A stretch of 64,000 bases of DNA from an uncultured Lachnospiraceae bacterium (GTDB taxonomy: Bacteria; Bacillota; Clostridia; Lachnospirales; Lachnospiraceae): NCBI GenBank assembly GCA_947382645.1, contig CANDAE010000010.1, forward strand, positions 52,097-116,096, in the 5' to 3' direction. The notes beneath the pieces are model-generated. The model saw nothing but the letters and a program-made list of their open reading frames with translations, was not told the DNA's origin and did no database searches. Shown in pieces: positions 18,997 through 27,872 of this stretch (position 1 is its first letter; each line of letters begins with the position of its first letter). Both the position numbers and the translations under genes were made by a program.

Positions 18997-19125
18997 GTGA
19001 AATCCCCCGCAGCAAGCTACGGGGCATCATAGCTTGAATGCGCAGCAAGCTGCGGGGTATTTCACCCTCGCGGCAGTCGCCAAGGTCATGCAAGCATGAC
19101 TTTGGCTCGTTGCTCGCGGAAATTA
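18997..19125. repeat. Palindromic intergenic element (PATE/IS200-IS605-end-like)
   Basis: A 16/17-bp inverted repeat (18997-19013 vs 19049-19065), an internal direct repeat gcagcaagct, and a third hairpin ccaaggtcatgc-aa-gcatgactttgg. Confidence 0.65.
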
Positions 19126-19150
19126 ACCAGAGACACAGGCACGCAGTTAA

Positions 19151-19954
19151 TTATAAATTTTCAATCCGGTAAGCAATGGAAATGCGCCCGTGAAACCACA
19201 TTTTTCCACTTCCCAGATTGGTATTTATATTTTCTCCTGCCTGGGGCATTTCCAAAATCTGCTTTGCGCATTCTTCGTATTCTTCCAGATAATCCAAATC
19301 CAGAGGAAATTTATGATGCCCCGGCCAGATTCTGTCAAAACTGTTTTTTTGCTTCTTTAACAATTGAATGCTTTGTAGAAATTCTTTGACAGATGCCGAG
19401 TGGGGAAGGAAGAGCAGTATCCCCTGATCACATACCGTATCTCCGGAAAATAAATTTCTTCTTTCCTGATCAAACACACATATGCTTCCCTTTGTGTGCC
19501 CCGGTGTTGCAATCATTTCCAAAGCGCGCTTTCCCAGATCAATAATCTGTCCATTCTTAAGGGGCAAATAAGGAACCCTCTGCCCTGCATGGGACAATTC
19601 CTCAATTTCATTTTCCGTAAGTGGAAGAGCAAATTCCTGTAAAAATCCTTTAATCATCTCTTTTCGGAATTCTATATTTGTGTGTTCTTTTAAAACCTCC
19701 TGATCCTCTTCCATCAGATACCGGCTTTCAAACTGGCAGTTTCCTCCAACATGATCTAAATGCCCGTGGGTATTAATAACCATAACCGGCTTTTTGGTCA
19801 GCTCCTCTACACACTCCCTAAGCCCCGGCATCCCCATCCCGGTATCAATTAAAGCAGCCTTTTCTTCTCCCTCCAGCAGATACATATGACATTTAAAACA
19901 GTCTTCAATTCTCCAGGTGCATTCATCTATCTGCATTACTTGATAAAAGCTCAT
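19151..19954 (-). CDS. MBL-fold metallo-hydrolase
   Basis: Motifs NTHGHLDHVGG, TPGHTKGS, LFSGD and WPGH. Confidence 0.9.
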   Translation of the reverse strand: MSFYQVMQIDECTWRIEDCFKCHMYLLEGEEKAALIDTGMGMPGLRECVEELTKKPVMVINTHGHLDHVGGNCQFESRYLMEEDQEVLKEHTNIEFRKEMIKGFLQEFALPLTENEIEELSHAGQRVPYLPLKNGQIIDLGKRALEMIATPGHTKGSICVFDQERRNLFSGDTVCDQGILLFLPHSASVKEFLQSIQLLKKQKNSFDRIWPGHHKFPLDLDYLEEYEECAKQILEMPQAGENINTNLGSGKMWFHGRISIAYRIENL

Positions 19955-19970
19955 ATGATCCCCCATTTCT

Positions 19971-20771
19971 TTACTTAATTTCCTTTTTTAAATCTGTCAT
20001 ATTAAAATTGATTTCCTGCCCTTTAACAGCTTCATCATAACGCAGCAATTCTACCTTATACTGTTTGCAGAGCATTACATTCTTGTAATCTGTTAAAAAA
20101 CGGTAATCCAATTCACGTGCTCTGGCCACCCTTTCTCCACTGAATTCCCTGTTTCCCGTTAACTTCATTTCCTTTCCATATTTTGCAGGATGCATGATAA
20201 ACAGATACTGCCCATCCATTTTTTTAAGTGTCTTTTCAAACAAATATGGTTTTTCTGCATAAAGATCATTTCCTGGCAGAACACGATTATACCATTTATG
20301 ATCTATCAGACCTTCCTCTTCCATCATCCGGCTCATGGCTTCACTAAGCCCGGGTACATACACTTCCGGCAGCATATGGGAATCCATATATGAAATTTTA
20401 AATCCTGCCTTTCTTGCATCCTCCAATTGATATTTATATTCCGTAATGATTTCTTCCAGCTTCGGCATATGTACACGGAATTTTTCAGGCGACTGATAAA
20501 AAACCCCTCTTTCATCTATCAGACTTGATACTTTTTCCTTTGGTGCAGCCGGTCCCCAGGTCACCTGATCCCACTCGGAATTAATGCAGCCATGCAGGCC
20601 AAAACAAATCTCCTTTTTATCCGACAGCATTTCTGCTGCCTCCTCCAGGTATTCTCCGCAGGCCATTATAGATACATTTTTAATAAATCCTGCTTCTGCC
20701 GCCTCATAAATTGCTTCATTTGCCGCATGTGAACTGCCGCAGTCATCTGCTCTTGTTATAATTGCCTTCAT
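19971..20771 (-). CDS. ChbG/YdjC/HpnK family carbohydrate deacetylase
   Basis: Motifs TRADDCG, GLHGCIN, YMDSHM and MHP. Confidence 0.85.
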   Translation of the reverse strand: MKAIITRADDCGSSHAANEAIYEAAEAGFIKNVSIMACGEYLEEAAEMLSDKKEICFGLHGCINSEWDQVTWGPAAPKEKVSSLIDERGVFYQSPEKFRVHMPKLEEIITEYKYQLEDARKAGFKISYMDSHMLPEVYVPGLSEAMSRMMEEEGLIDHKWYNRVLPGNDLYAEKPYLFEKTLKKMDGQYLFIMHPAKYGKEMKLTGNREFSGERVARARELDYRFLTDYKNVMLCKQYKVELLRYDEAVKGQEINFNMTDLKKEIK

Positions 20772-20807
20772 ATAACCCCTCCATTCTAAATTCATTTGCC
20801 TATGGTT

Positions 20808-21662
20808 TTATCCCTTTACTGCACCGTCCGCCATGCCCTTAATAATCTGCTTTTGAAATAGTAAAAAGAAAATAAGGGCCGGTAAAATTGATAACATCAA
20901 AGCTGCCATAATCAAATCCCAGCGGTTTAAATAGGTACCATAAAAGACGCTCATGGATAATTGAATCGTCTTCAGCTTTTCCGAATTAATCATAATAAGG
21001 GGCAGCATAAAATCATTAAATACCCCCAGCATATTAATAATTGCAATTGTTGCCGTAATGGGCTTTAAAATGGGAAATACCACATAAAAGAAAGCCTGGA
21101 ACTGGCCGCATCCGTCAATTAAAGCAGCTTCTTCAAGTTCTCTGGAGACACCTTTTATAAAACCGCAATACAAAAACATTGCCATTGGCATCAAAAACCC
21201 CCAGTACATAACAACCATTCCGTATAAAGTATTTACGATATGCAGATTTCTTGCCACAATCACGACAGGTACCATTAACACCTGAAAAGGAATTGCCATT
21301 GTAAATAAAATTCCATAGTAAATTACATTACTTATTTTATTTTTTACTCTTGTCACCTTATAAGCCGCCATAGAGCCAAACAAAATAATTCCCATCACAG
21401 CGGAAGCAGATACAAAAATGGTATTGGCAAACTTCCGGAAAAAGTTCATTTTGGAAACAGCTTCCCTGTAATTTCCAAAACTCCATTTTTCAGGCAGTGC
21501 AAGCATATCAAGCAAAATTTCTCCATTTCCTTTAAAACTGTTTACAAAAATTAAAACCATAGGAAACATCATAAAACAGGCTAATACCACAAGTACTGCT
21601 TCCACACAAAAAAGTCCCATGCCATACTTCCTTCTTTTTCCACCTTTTCCCTGTTTCATCAC
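20808..21662 (-). CDS. Carbohydrate ABC transporter permease (MalG-like)
   Basis: EAA loop ELEEAALIDG and FNDFMLPLI. Confidence 0.93.
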   Translation of the reverse strand: MMKQGKGGKRRKYGMGLFCVEAVLVVLACFMMFPMVLIFVNSFKGNGEILLDMLALPEKWSFGNYREAVSKMNFFRKFANTIFVSASAVMGIILFGSMAAYKVTRVKNKISNVIYYGILFTMAIPFQVLMVPVVIVARNLHIVNTLYGMVVMYWGFLMPMAMFLYCGFIKGVSRELEEAALIDGCGQFQAFFYVVFPILKPITATIAIINMLGVFNDFMLPLIMINSEKLKTIQLSMSVFYGTYLNRWDLIMAALMLSILPALIFFLLFQKQIIKGMADGAVKG

Positions 21663-22549
21663 ATCTCTACCTCCTTCCTCCTAGTTGTCTTTACCTGAAT
21701 AATTGCCACAATTCCAATTACTACGGAAAAGATAACAGCTTTTGCAGAGGCATAAGATAATTGATCTGCATTAAAAGCATCAAGAAAAATCTGATATGCA
21801 ATGGTTTTGGTGGTTCCATATGGTCCGCCTCCTGTCAGTGCATAATTTAAGTCAAACGCCTTTAAACTGTTCACAATACTTAAAAACAGGCAGATGGTAA
21901 TGGAGGGACGAATCAGCGGCAATATGATTTTCGTAAAGCGGTCTTTAAACCCTGCCCCGTCAATCTCCGCCGCCTCCAAAATATCAGATGGCACCCCCTG
22001 CAGTCCGGCCAGATAAATAATCATATAGTAGCCTGTTCCCTGCCAAAGACTGACGATCACCAGGGAAAGAAAAGCTGTACCGGGGTATGCCAGCCAGTTT
22101 TTTTCAAACATTCCAATTCCAAAGGTCTTTCCCAAAAAGGGAAGAAATGAACCAATAATAAAATTCCATAAATAGCCCACTGTCGCAGTACCAATCACAA
22201 TCGGCATAAAGTAAACAGCCCGAAGAATTCCCTTTAATTTCAGCTTCATATTTAAAAGCATTGCCAGCGCCAGTCCCAAAACGTTATAACCGGCCACCAT
22301 CACCAATGCAAATTTTAATGTAAAACCAATGGTTCCCAAAAAACCTTTATCCGACAATGCATTTACATAGTTTCTTAATCCCACAAAATTTGAGCTGATG
22401 CTGATTCCGTTCCAGTCCCGGCAGGAATAATAAAGCCCTATGAACAGTGGTACGAAAATAAAAAGAATGCTGAGCAAAACCGCTGGTGCCACAAACACCG
22501 CATATATTAAATTATTTTTTGTTTTTAAGGTTGTTTTTTTTGACCTCAT
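21659..22549 (-). CDS. Carbohydrate ABC transporter permease (MalF-like)
   Basis: Motifs FVGLRNY, YLAGLQGVP, EAAEIDGA and TGGGPYGTT. Confidence 0.93.
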   Translation of the reverse strand: MRSKKTTLKTKNNLIYAVFVAPAVLLSILFIFVPLFIGLYYSCRDWNGISISSNFVGLRNYVNALSDKGFLGTIGFTLKFALVMVAGYNVLGLALAMLLNMKLKLKGILRAVYFMPIVIGTATVGYLWNFIIGSFLPFLGKTFGIGMFEKNWLAYPGTAFLSLVIVSLWQGTGYYMIIYLAGLQGVPSDILEAAEIDGAGFKDRFTKIILPLIRPSITICLFLSIVNSLKAFDLNYALTGGGPYGTTKTIAYQIFLDAFNADQLSYASAKAVIFSVVIGIVAIIQVKTTRRKEVEM

Positions 22550-22613
22550 ACTTTTTCTCCTTAAAGGGAAAGCTGCCGCAATATTTCCTGCAGCAGCCCG
22601 CCGATATTTCTTC

Positions 22614-23930
22614 TTATTCTGTTGCGGAAGAAGAGGCTACTCTGCCATCCCACAGTTCCTGCAATGCCCTGCAGGTTGCTTCCCGATCCGCTGCTCCTGC
22701 TGCATATGCCTGTAAGGGTTCCGCCTGATCCGTATTAAATCCGGAAGGCCATTCTTCTGCGCCCAGTCCGTCATAAGACATTCCATCAGCCATATACTGA
22801 TTCATATCCATATACAAAGGTCCTATATCTGATAAATCCAATGTGTCATAGGGAGCTGCAATACACACCTTTTCAACCAGATATTTCTGTGCATTGTCCA
22901 CAAACCACTGTAGAAAGGCCTTTGCTTCCTCTTCATGTTTGGAAGTATTTGAAATACTTAAAAATCTGGTAGTGGAAACCTGCAGTTTTGTCTGGGAAGG
23001 ATCATCTGTAAGAGGAACCGCAAACAAACCGATATTCATATCAGGATTGATATTTAAAAGCGTATCCGTATACCAGGTTCCCTGTTTTACCATAGCAATT
23101 TCTCCGTTGACAAAGGAGTTGATCTGGTCATCAAAATGGTGCCCTATGGACTCTGCTCCCCAGCCATATTCCAGCGTCAGATCATAAAAATCAAAAAAGC
23201 TGTCCATGTATTTCATGTTGGAAAATGTTTCTTCTTTTGCAGAAAGTCTCTCCGAAGTTTCCAATGCACCTTCATAAGTAAAAGGAATTCCTAAAATATG
23301 CATCAAAAATCCCCAGTCTCCCCACGCTTCACCAAAAGCCTGAATGCCTGCCGCCTGCAGTTTTTCACAGGTTTCCTTTAATTCGCTGATTGTTTCAGGT
23401 ACTTTTTCAATTCCGGCCGATTCAAATAAATCTTTGTTATATATGATACCGCTGCCCTCCATTGCATAAGGAAGACCATATATTTTACCTTCATAGCTTC
23501 CTCCATTTAAAGAAGCCTCATAAGCATGCTCTGTCCATGCTTCTCCTGAAAGGTCCATGCATCTTTCGTACCAGGTATCGTAATCGCCGCCTCCCAAGTC
23601 AAAAATATCCGGTGCTTCTCCGGAAGCAAAACGGGCTTTTAACACGGTGTAAGGCTCATCTCCCGGAATTTCCCACTCCAGAGTTACACCTGTTTCTTCC
23701 TTATAATCTTTACAAATCTGCTCTACCATTTCTGTATATCCTGCAGTTCCCTGATATACCGTAAGTACAACGTCCTCACTTTGCGCCTGACTTGTGCTGC
23801 TTTCGGATGTGTTTGAACTCCCTTCTGCATTTGATAAATTTTCCTTTGCAGTATCAGCACTGCATCCTGCCAAAACAGAAAATGTTAAGGCTGCTGCTGC
23901 CAGACAGCTAATCACTTTTTTTACTTTCAT
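22614..23930 (-). CDS. Oligosaccharide ABC transporter substrate-binding lipoprotein
   Basis: Lipobox LAGC, GEAPDIF, GKIYGLP and IYNKDLFE. Start after GGAGGG. Confidence 0.92.
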   Translation of the reverse strand: MKVKKVISCLAAAALTFSVLAGCSADTAKENLSNAEGSSNTSESSTSQAQSEDVVLTVYQGTAGYTEMVEQICKDYKEETGVTLEWEIPGDEPYTVLKARFASGEAPDIFDLGGGDYDTWYERCMDLSGEAWTEHAYEASLNGGSYEGKIYGLPYAMEGSGIIYNKDLFESAGIEKVPETISELKETCEKLQAAGIQAFGEAWGDWGFLMHILGIPFTYEGALETSERLSAKEETFSNMKYMDSFFDFYDLTLEYGWGAESIGHHFDDQINSFVNGEIAMVKQGTWYTDTLLNINPDMNIGLFAVPLTDDPSQTKLQVSTTRFLSISNTSKHEEEAKAFLQWFVDNAQKYLVEKVCIAAPYDTLDLSDIGPLYMDMNQYMADGMSYDGLGAEEWPSGFNTDQAEPLQAYAAGAADREATCRALQELWDGRVASSSATE

Positions 23931-24093
23931 AATTTTATCCCTCCATCTCCGGATACTTTTTACTCCTGTAAGCTGCAAGTCATTGCTGCCTGGAAATTTT
24001 CCGTATCCTGTTTGATGTTTTTATTATAAAATTCATCCCTCAAGTGCTCTACAGAACATCCGAACCTCTTTCCAGCACAATTTGAAACCATAT

Positions 24094-25635
24094 TTATTCA
24101 GATTGTCCTCTTCTGTACCGGGCAGGTGTCTGCCCTGTATATTTTTTAAAAACTCTTCCAAAATAATTTTCATCTTCATAACCAACCATTTCCGCCACCT
24201 GTACCACACTTCTTTTTCCTGTTTTCAGTAATTCACAGGCTTTTTCCATCCGCATCTTTGTAATGGCGGTTACAATGGTCATATGATATTTGTTTTTAAA
24301 AATTCTTGCCACATATTGTGGCGTCTGAAAAAGATCCGCCGCAATAGTTGAAAGCGTTATATCTTCTGAATAATGCTCCTTGATGTAAGCATATATTATC
24401 TCCGCAGGTTCTTCCTTTATCCGGAAGTAATCCATAAGCAGGTCAAGACGTTTTAGCACTTCTTTTTCCCATAAATCAATGTCATTAATCCACAGAGAAA
24501 GAAGTTCCGTAGGAACCTCCCTCTCCTGTCTGGCGGCAAGCCGTCCAAGCAGAAGATTCATGTCGGCAGTACATCTTTGCAGTTCCTGTAATTTCAACGC
24601 CCCTCCCCTCTTTAAGCCGCTACAGTAATCTCTAATAATTTTTTTAAGCATTTCTCTGTCCTTGCTTTCCAAAACGCTTATCATTCGCAATTCCAGACTC
24701 AATGCCCCGTCACTCTGCACAGGATTTTTTTCTGCCAGAGAAGCTATCGTGCCGCATCCCCAAACATTTCTTTGACGTAAAATTCCATTTTGTTCCCCTA
24801 ATATATTCTTTAAGTCTTTCAGCTCCACAGGTTCCAGACTCACTACCCAGGTAATCTTTAGTCCAACAGCTTCTTCTATCTTCTTTTCAAAAATCTTCAT
24901 TTTATCTGAAACCTTAAAGGAATTCAATTCTTCTTTCTGTAAAAAAAACTGCCAGTTAAATTCATCTACATAAATATCCTGTTTGAAAAAATAAAGTTTA
25001 AAAATGTCACGCATAACATTTCCTACAGTAAAAAAACAAAGTTCTCTGTCACCCTCATATTTATTCTCTATGACTTCTGAGGCATTCCGGCTCAAAACAG
25101 ATACCAGTAAAAATTTTCCATTTCCGGCACCCAGCTTTACAAATGCTTCCTCTGTCTGCTCCCTGCTCACCCCTTCTCCTCTGCAAAAACTCTGCAAAAT
25201 CTGATTAGCCATAACAATCCCCATTTGTTCATGTTGTCTGTTCTTAACAGCCTCTTCTTTTTCTCCCCGAATTTTTAAAATAGCTTTTTCCAGCGCATTT
25301 ACCAGAGTTTCCTTTCCGAAGGGCTTTAAAATATAATCAACTCCGTTAGCCAGCAGTGTGGCATAAACATAGGAAAAATCGCTGTACCCGCTGATTGCAA
25401 TTACCTGAATTTTAATCTGACGCTCCGTAATTTCTTTCAGAAGCTCTCTTCCGCCCATCACCGGCATTTCCATATCACAAAGTAAAATTTCCGGCTTTTT
25501 TTCCTCAATTATTTTCAGGGCTTCTATCCCATTTGTTGCATAATAAACTTCCTGCACTTCATAACTCTCCCAATCGATCATCAGCTCAATGGCTTCTCTC
25601 ATATGAACTTCATCATCAACAATTATTACTTTCAT
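24094..25635 (-). CDS. Two-component response regulator, receiver plus AraC HTH (YesN-like)
   Basis: Motifs IIVDDE, CDMEMP and YILKP, with a C-terminal AraC HTH (YFGRVFKKYTGQTP). Confidence 0.93.
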   Translation of the reverse strand: MKVIIVDDEVHMREAIELMIDWESYEVQEVYYATNGIEALKIIEEKKPEILLCDMEMPVMGGRELLKEITERQIKIQVIAISGYSDFSYVYATLLANGVDYILKPFGKETLVNALEKAILKIRGEKEEAVKNRQHEQMGIVMANQILQSFCRGEGVSREQTEEAFVKLGAGNGKFLLVSVLSRNASEVIENKYEGDRELCFFTVGNVMRDIFKLYFFKQDIYVDEFNWQFFLQKEELNSFKVSDKMKIFEKKIEEAVGLKITWVVSLEPVELKDLKNILGEQNGILRQRNVWGCGTIASLAEKNPVQSDGALSLELRMISVLESKDREMLKKIIRDYCSGLKRGGALKLQELQRCTADMNLLLGRLAARQEREVPTELLSLWINDIDLWEKEVLKRLDLLMDYFRIKEEPAEIIYAYIKEHYSEDITLSTIAADLFQTPQYVARIFKNKYHMTIVTAITKMRMEKACELLKTGKRSVVQVAEMVGYEDENYFGRVFKKYTGQTPARYRRGQSE

Positions 25636-27371
25636 TCCTGCTCCTTATTTTCTTTTGCTATTACAAACTCAACTGTTGTTTCCACTTTGGGTATACTTTG
25701 AATTTCCCAGTCAAATCTTTCTTCATAATAAATACTGCATCTTTGCAGCACATTTAATAAGCCAATTCCATGATCCGAGGCCGCAGTAAATTCATAATTT
25801 TTATAGGCTTCCTTCAATTTTTGTATCTGCTCCCTGCTCATACCAATTCCATTATCAATAACCCGTATCTGGTATTTATCCGGTTTTTCATTAATGGAAA
25901 TCATAATAGTTCCTGTTCCGTCCTTTTTGTCAATTCCATGCTTAATGCTGTTCTCCACAAGAGGCTGTAGAATCATTTTGGGAATAAGCAGGCTGCCTGC
26001 CTCTTTGGGATAATGAAGCATAAAATGGAGTCTTCCGGCAAATCTTCCCTCCTGCAGCGCAATATAGTTTTCAATATGCTTCAACTCTTTTTTAAGGGTA
26101 ACAATATCCTCTCCGGTATTCATTGTATATTGGAACAGTTCTCCTAACTGCGTCAACTGCATTGAAACTTCCTGGCAATGATGTTTCAGTGCAGTCGTGC
26201 TGATATATTGCAGCATATTATATAAAAAATGCGGATTGATTTGTGCCTGCAGCATTTTAAAACGGGATTTTGTCACCTCTAACTGATAACGATAATTTTT
26301 ATTGATCAGCTCATCCAGGTTTGTCATCATTTCCGCATACTTGTTTTCCAGAATTCCCAGCTCATCTTTGCGGTTTGATTTCGACTTATATACAAATTCG
26401 GGTTTTTGTTTAACCGCTTCCATATTATTAAGCATTCTTCTCACCGGAGAAATAAACAGATTAAACACCAGAAACAAAAATACTACGGATACTGCCAACA
26501 GACAGGCCTGTACTGCCATTGCCCCAATGACGACTCTCTCGGCAGGATCTGTAAACCAGTGATTATCTACAAACATAATAAGACGAACCTCTTCTCCTTT
26601 ATAGAAATCTCTTTTCAGAAAAAACATTCCCTTTGCTCCGTCCAATGTTCCTTTGGTATAATGTTTTTCTAAAAGTTCTTTTTCTGCATAATCGGCATTT
26701 TCAAAAAAACCTGACGTATAAATCAGTTCTCTGCCATCTTCTCCAAGGCAGACCATAACCACATTGTCTTTATACTGTCCGCATAATGTTTTTGTCACCT
26801 CCTGTAATTCTTTTAAATCTGCAAAAATGCGCATACTGACAGCAGTGTCATAAGATGGAACATTCTGAATATCCATATTGTAAATTAAATAAACTGGATT
26901 TCCCACTTCGTCTCTTCCCACCTGAAAAATATCTCCACTCCGCTCCGGATATTGATACTCTCCAATTTCCATCCTTCTTTGTGCATTCGCATAAACGCCA
27001 TTAATGACCTCCCCATTTTTGCAGTACATCACAATACGAAAAATTGCAGGCGCTTTATCACTGACAGCTTTGCCGTATTTACGTACCATATAACGCTCTA
27101 CATCTGTAAACTTTGTTTTTCGATTTAATATTCTGACAACATCCGGATTTTCAAATAAATTCATAGGCGCCTGTTCTATCCTGCGGATAAAATTTATTGT
27201 CTCCTCCATGCCAATTCCCATCATGCTTTCATTCCAGTCAATAATCTGCTGCTGCATCATATGGTAATTCTGCCTGTATGCAATCACATTAGATATGATA
27301 CTTGGCAAAATAATAACCAACATTAGTAGTGCAATCAGTTTCATAAAAAGGCTGTTTTTAATTTTATCCAT
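25632..27371 (-). CDS. Sensor histidine kinase (YesM/LytS-like)
   Basis: Motifs LQAQINPHFLYN, LQPLVENSIKHG, DNGIG and GIGLLNV, with two TM segments. Confidence 0.93.
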   Translation of the reverse strand: MDKIKNSLFMKLIALLMLVIILPSIISNVIAYRQNYHMMQQQIIDWNESMMGIGMEETINFIRRIEQAPMNLFENPDVVRILNRKTKFTDVERYMVRKYGKAVSDKAPAIFRIVMYCKNGEVINGVYANAQRRMEIGEYQYPERSGDIFQVGRDEVGNPVYLIYNMDIQNVPSYDTAVSMRIFADLKELQEVTKTLCGQYKDNVVMVCLGEDGRELIYTSGFFENADYAEKELLEKHYTKGTLDGAKGMFFLKRDFYKGEEVRLIMFVDNHWFTDPAERVVIGAMAVQACLLAVSVVFLFLVFNLFISPVRRMLNNMEAVKQKPEFVYKSKSNRKDELGILENKYAEMMTNLDELINKNYRYQLEVTKSRFKMLQAQINPHFLYNMLQYISTTALKHHCQEVSMQLTQLGELFQYTMNTGEDIVTLKKELKHIENYIALQEGRFAGRLHFMLHYPKEAGSLLIPKMILQPLVENSIKHGIDKKDGTGTIMISINEKPDKYQIRVIDNGIGMSREQIQKLKEAYKNYEFTAASDHGIGLLNVLQRCSIYYEERFDWEIQSIPKVETTVEFVIAKENKEQE

Positions 27372-27547
27372 GTAAAATATCCTCTCTGATCTTAAAAGCA
27401 GAATTTGCTGTATCACGGCATATACAGAATCATTTTACTAAAACTGCTCAAGGCAAAACAGGGAATATCTGAACCTGTTTTACGTACAATTTGAATTATT
27501 TTTCATTTCTTATTACTAGTCTTAACCAGGAAATCGGCACTGAATTC

Positions 27548-27576
27548 TTGACTTTTAAATTATTTAGTCATAGAAT
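27548..27576 (+). promoter_or_regulatory. sigmaA-type promoter of the phosphonate cluster
   Basis: TTGACT, 17-bp spacer, TAGAAT. Confidence 0.7.
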
Positions 27577-27617
27577 TAATTACATCATTTTCATCCGGCA
27601 GAAAGGACATTATAATT

Positions 27618-27872
27618 ATGAAAAAAATAGGACTGGCAGTCTTTAAATTTACGTATTTTTTTACATGCTTCTTTTTCCTGTTCAGTAATACCGCATTTGC
27701 ATATATTGATCCGTCTGCAGTCACTTATGTGATTCAGGCTGTCGCAGGTATTTTCATTGCTGTAGGCGCTGCATGTACCGTTTACAGACACAAAATTGCA
27801 AAGTTTTTTCGAAAGATGAAGAAAAAACACAATAAAAAGAAACAGGAGAAGGAACAGGAGTCCCATGAATAG
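27618..27872 (+). CDS. Small membrane protein (signal peptide, YIDP motif, TM helix, basic tail)
   Basis: AAAGGA RBS; predicted AFA|YIDP cleavage site; hydrophobic VIQAVAGIFIAVGAACTVY; K-rich C-terminus. Overlaps the next gene by 8 nt. Confidence 0.75.
   Translation: MKKIGLAVFKFTYFFTCFFFLFSNTAFAYIDPSAVTYVIQAVAGIFIAVGAACTVYRHKIAKFFRKMKKKHNKKKQEKEQESHE

Noticed and set aside
27440-27485. ggcaaaacagg...cctgtttt hairpin resembling the start of a c-di-GMP-I riboswitch
   Set aside because: It lacks the GAAA tetraloop, GACGCAAA junction and second stem.
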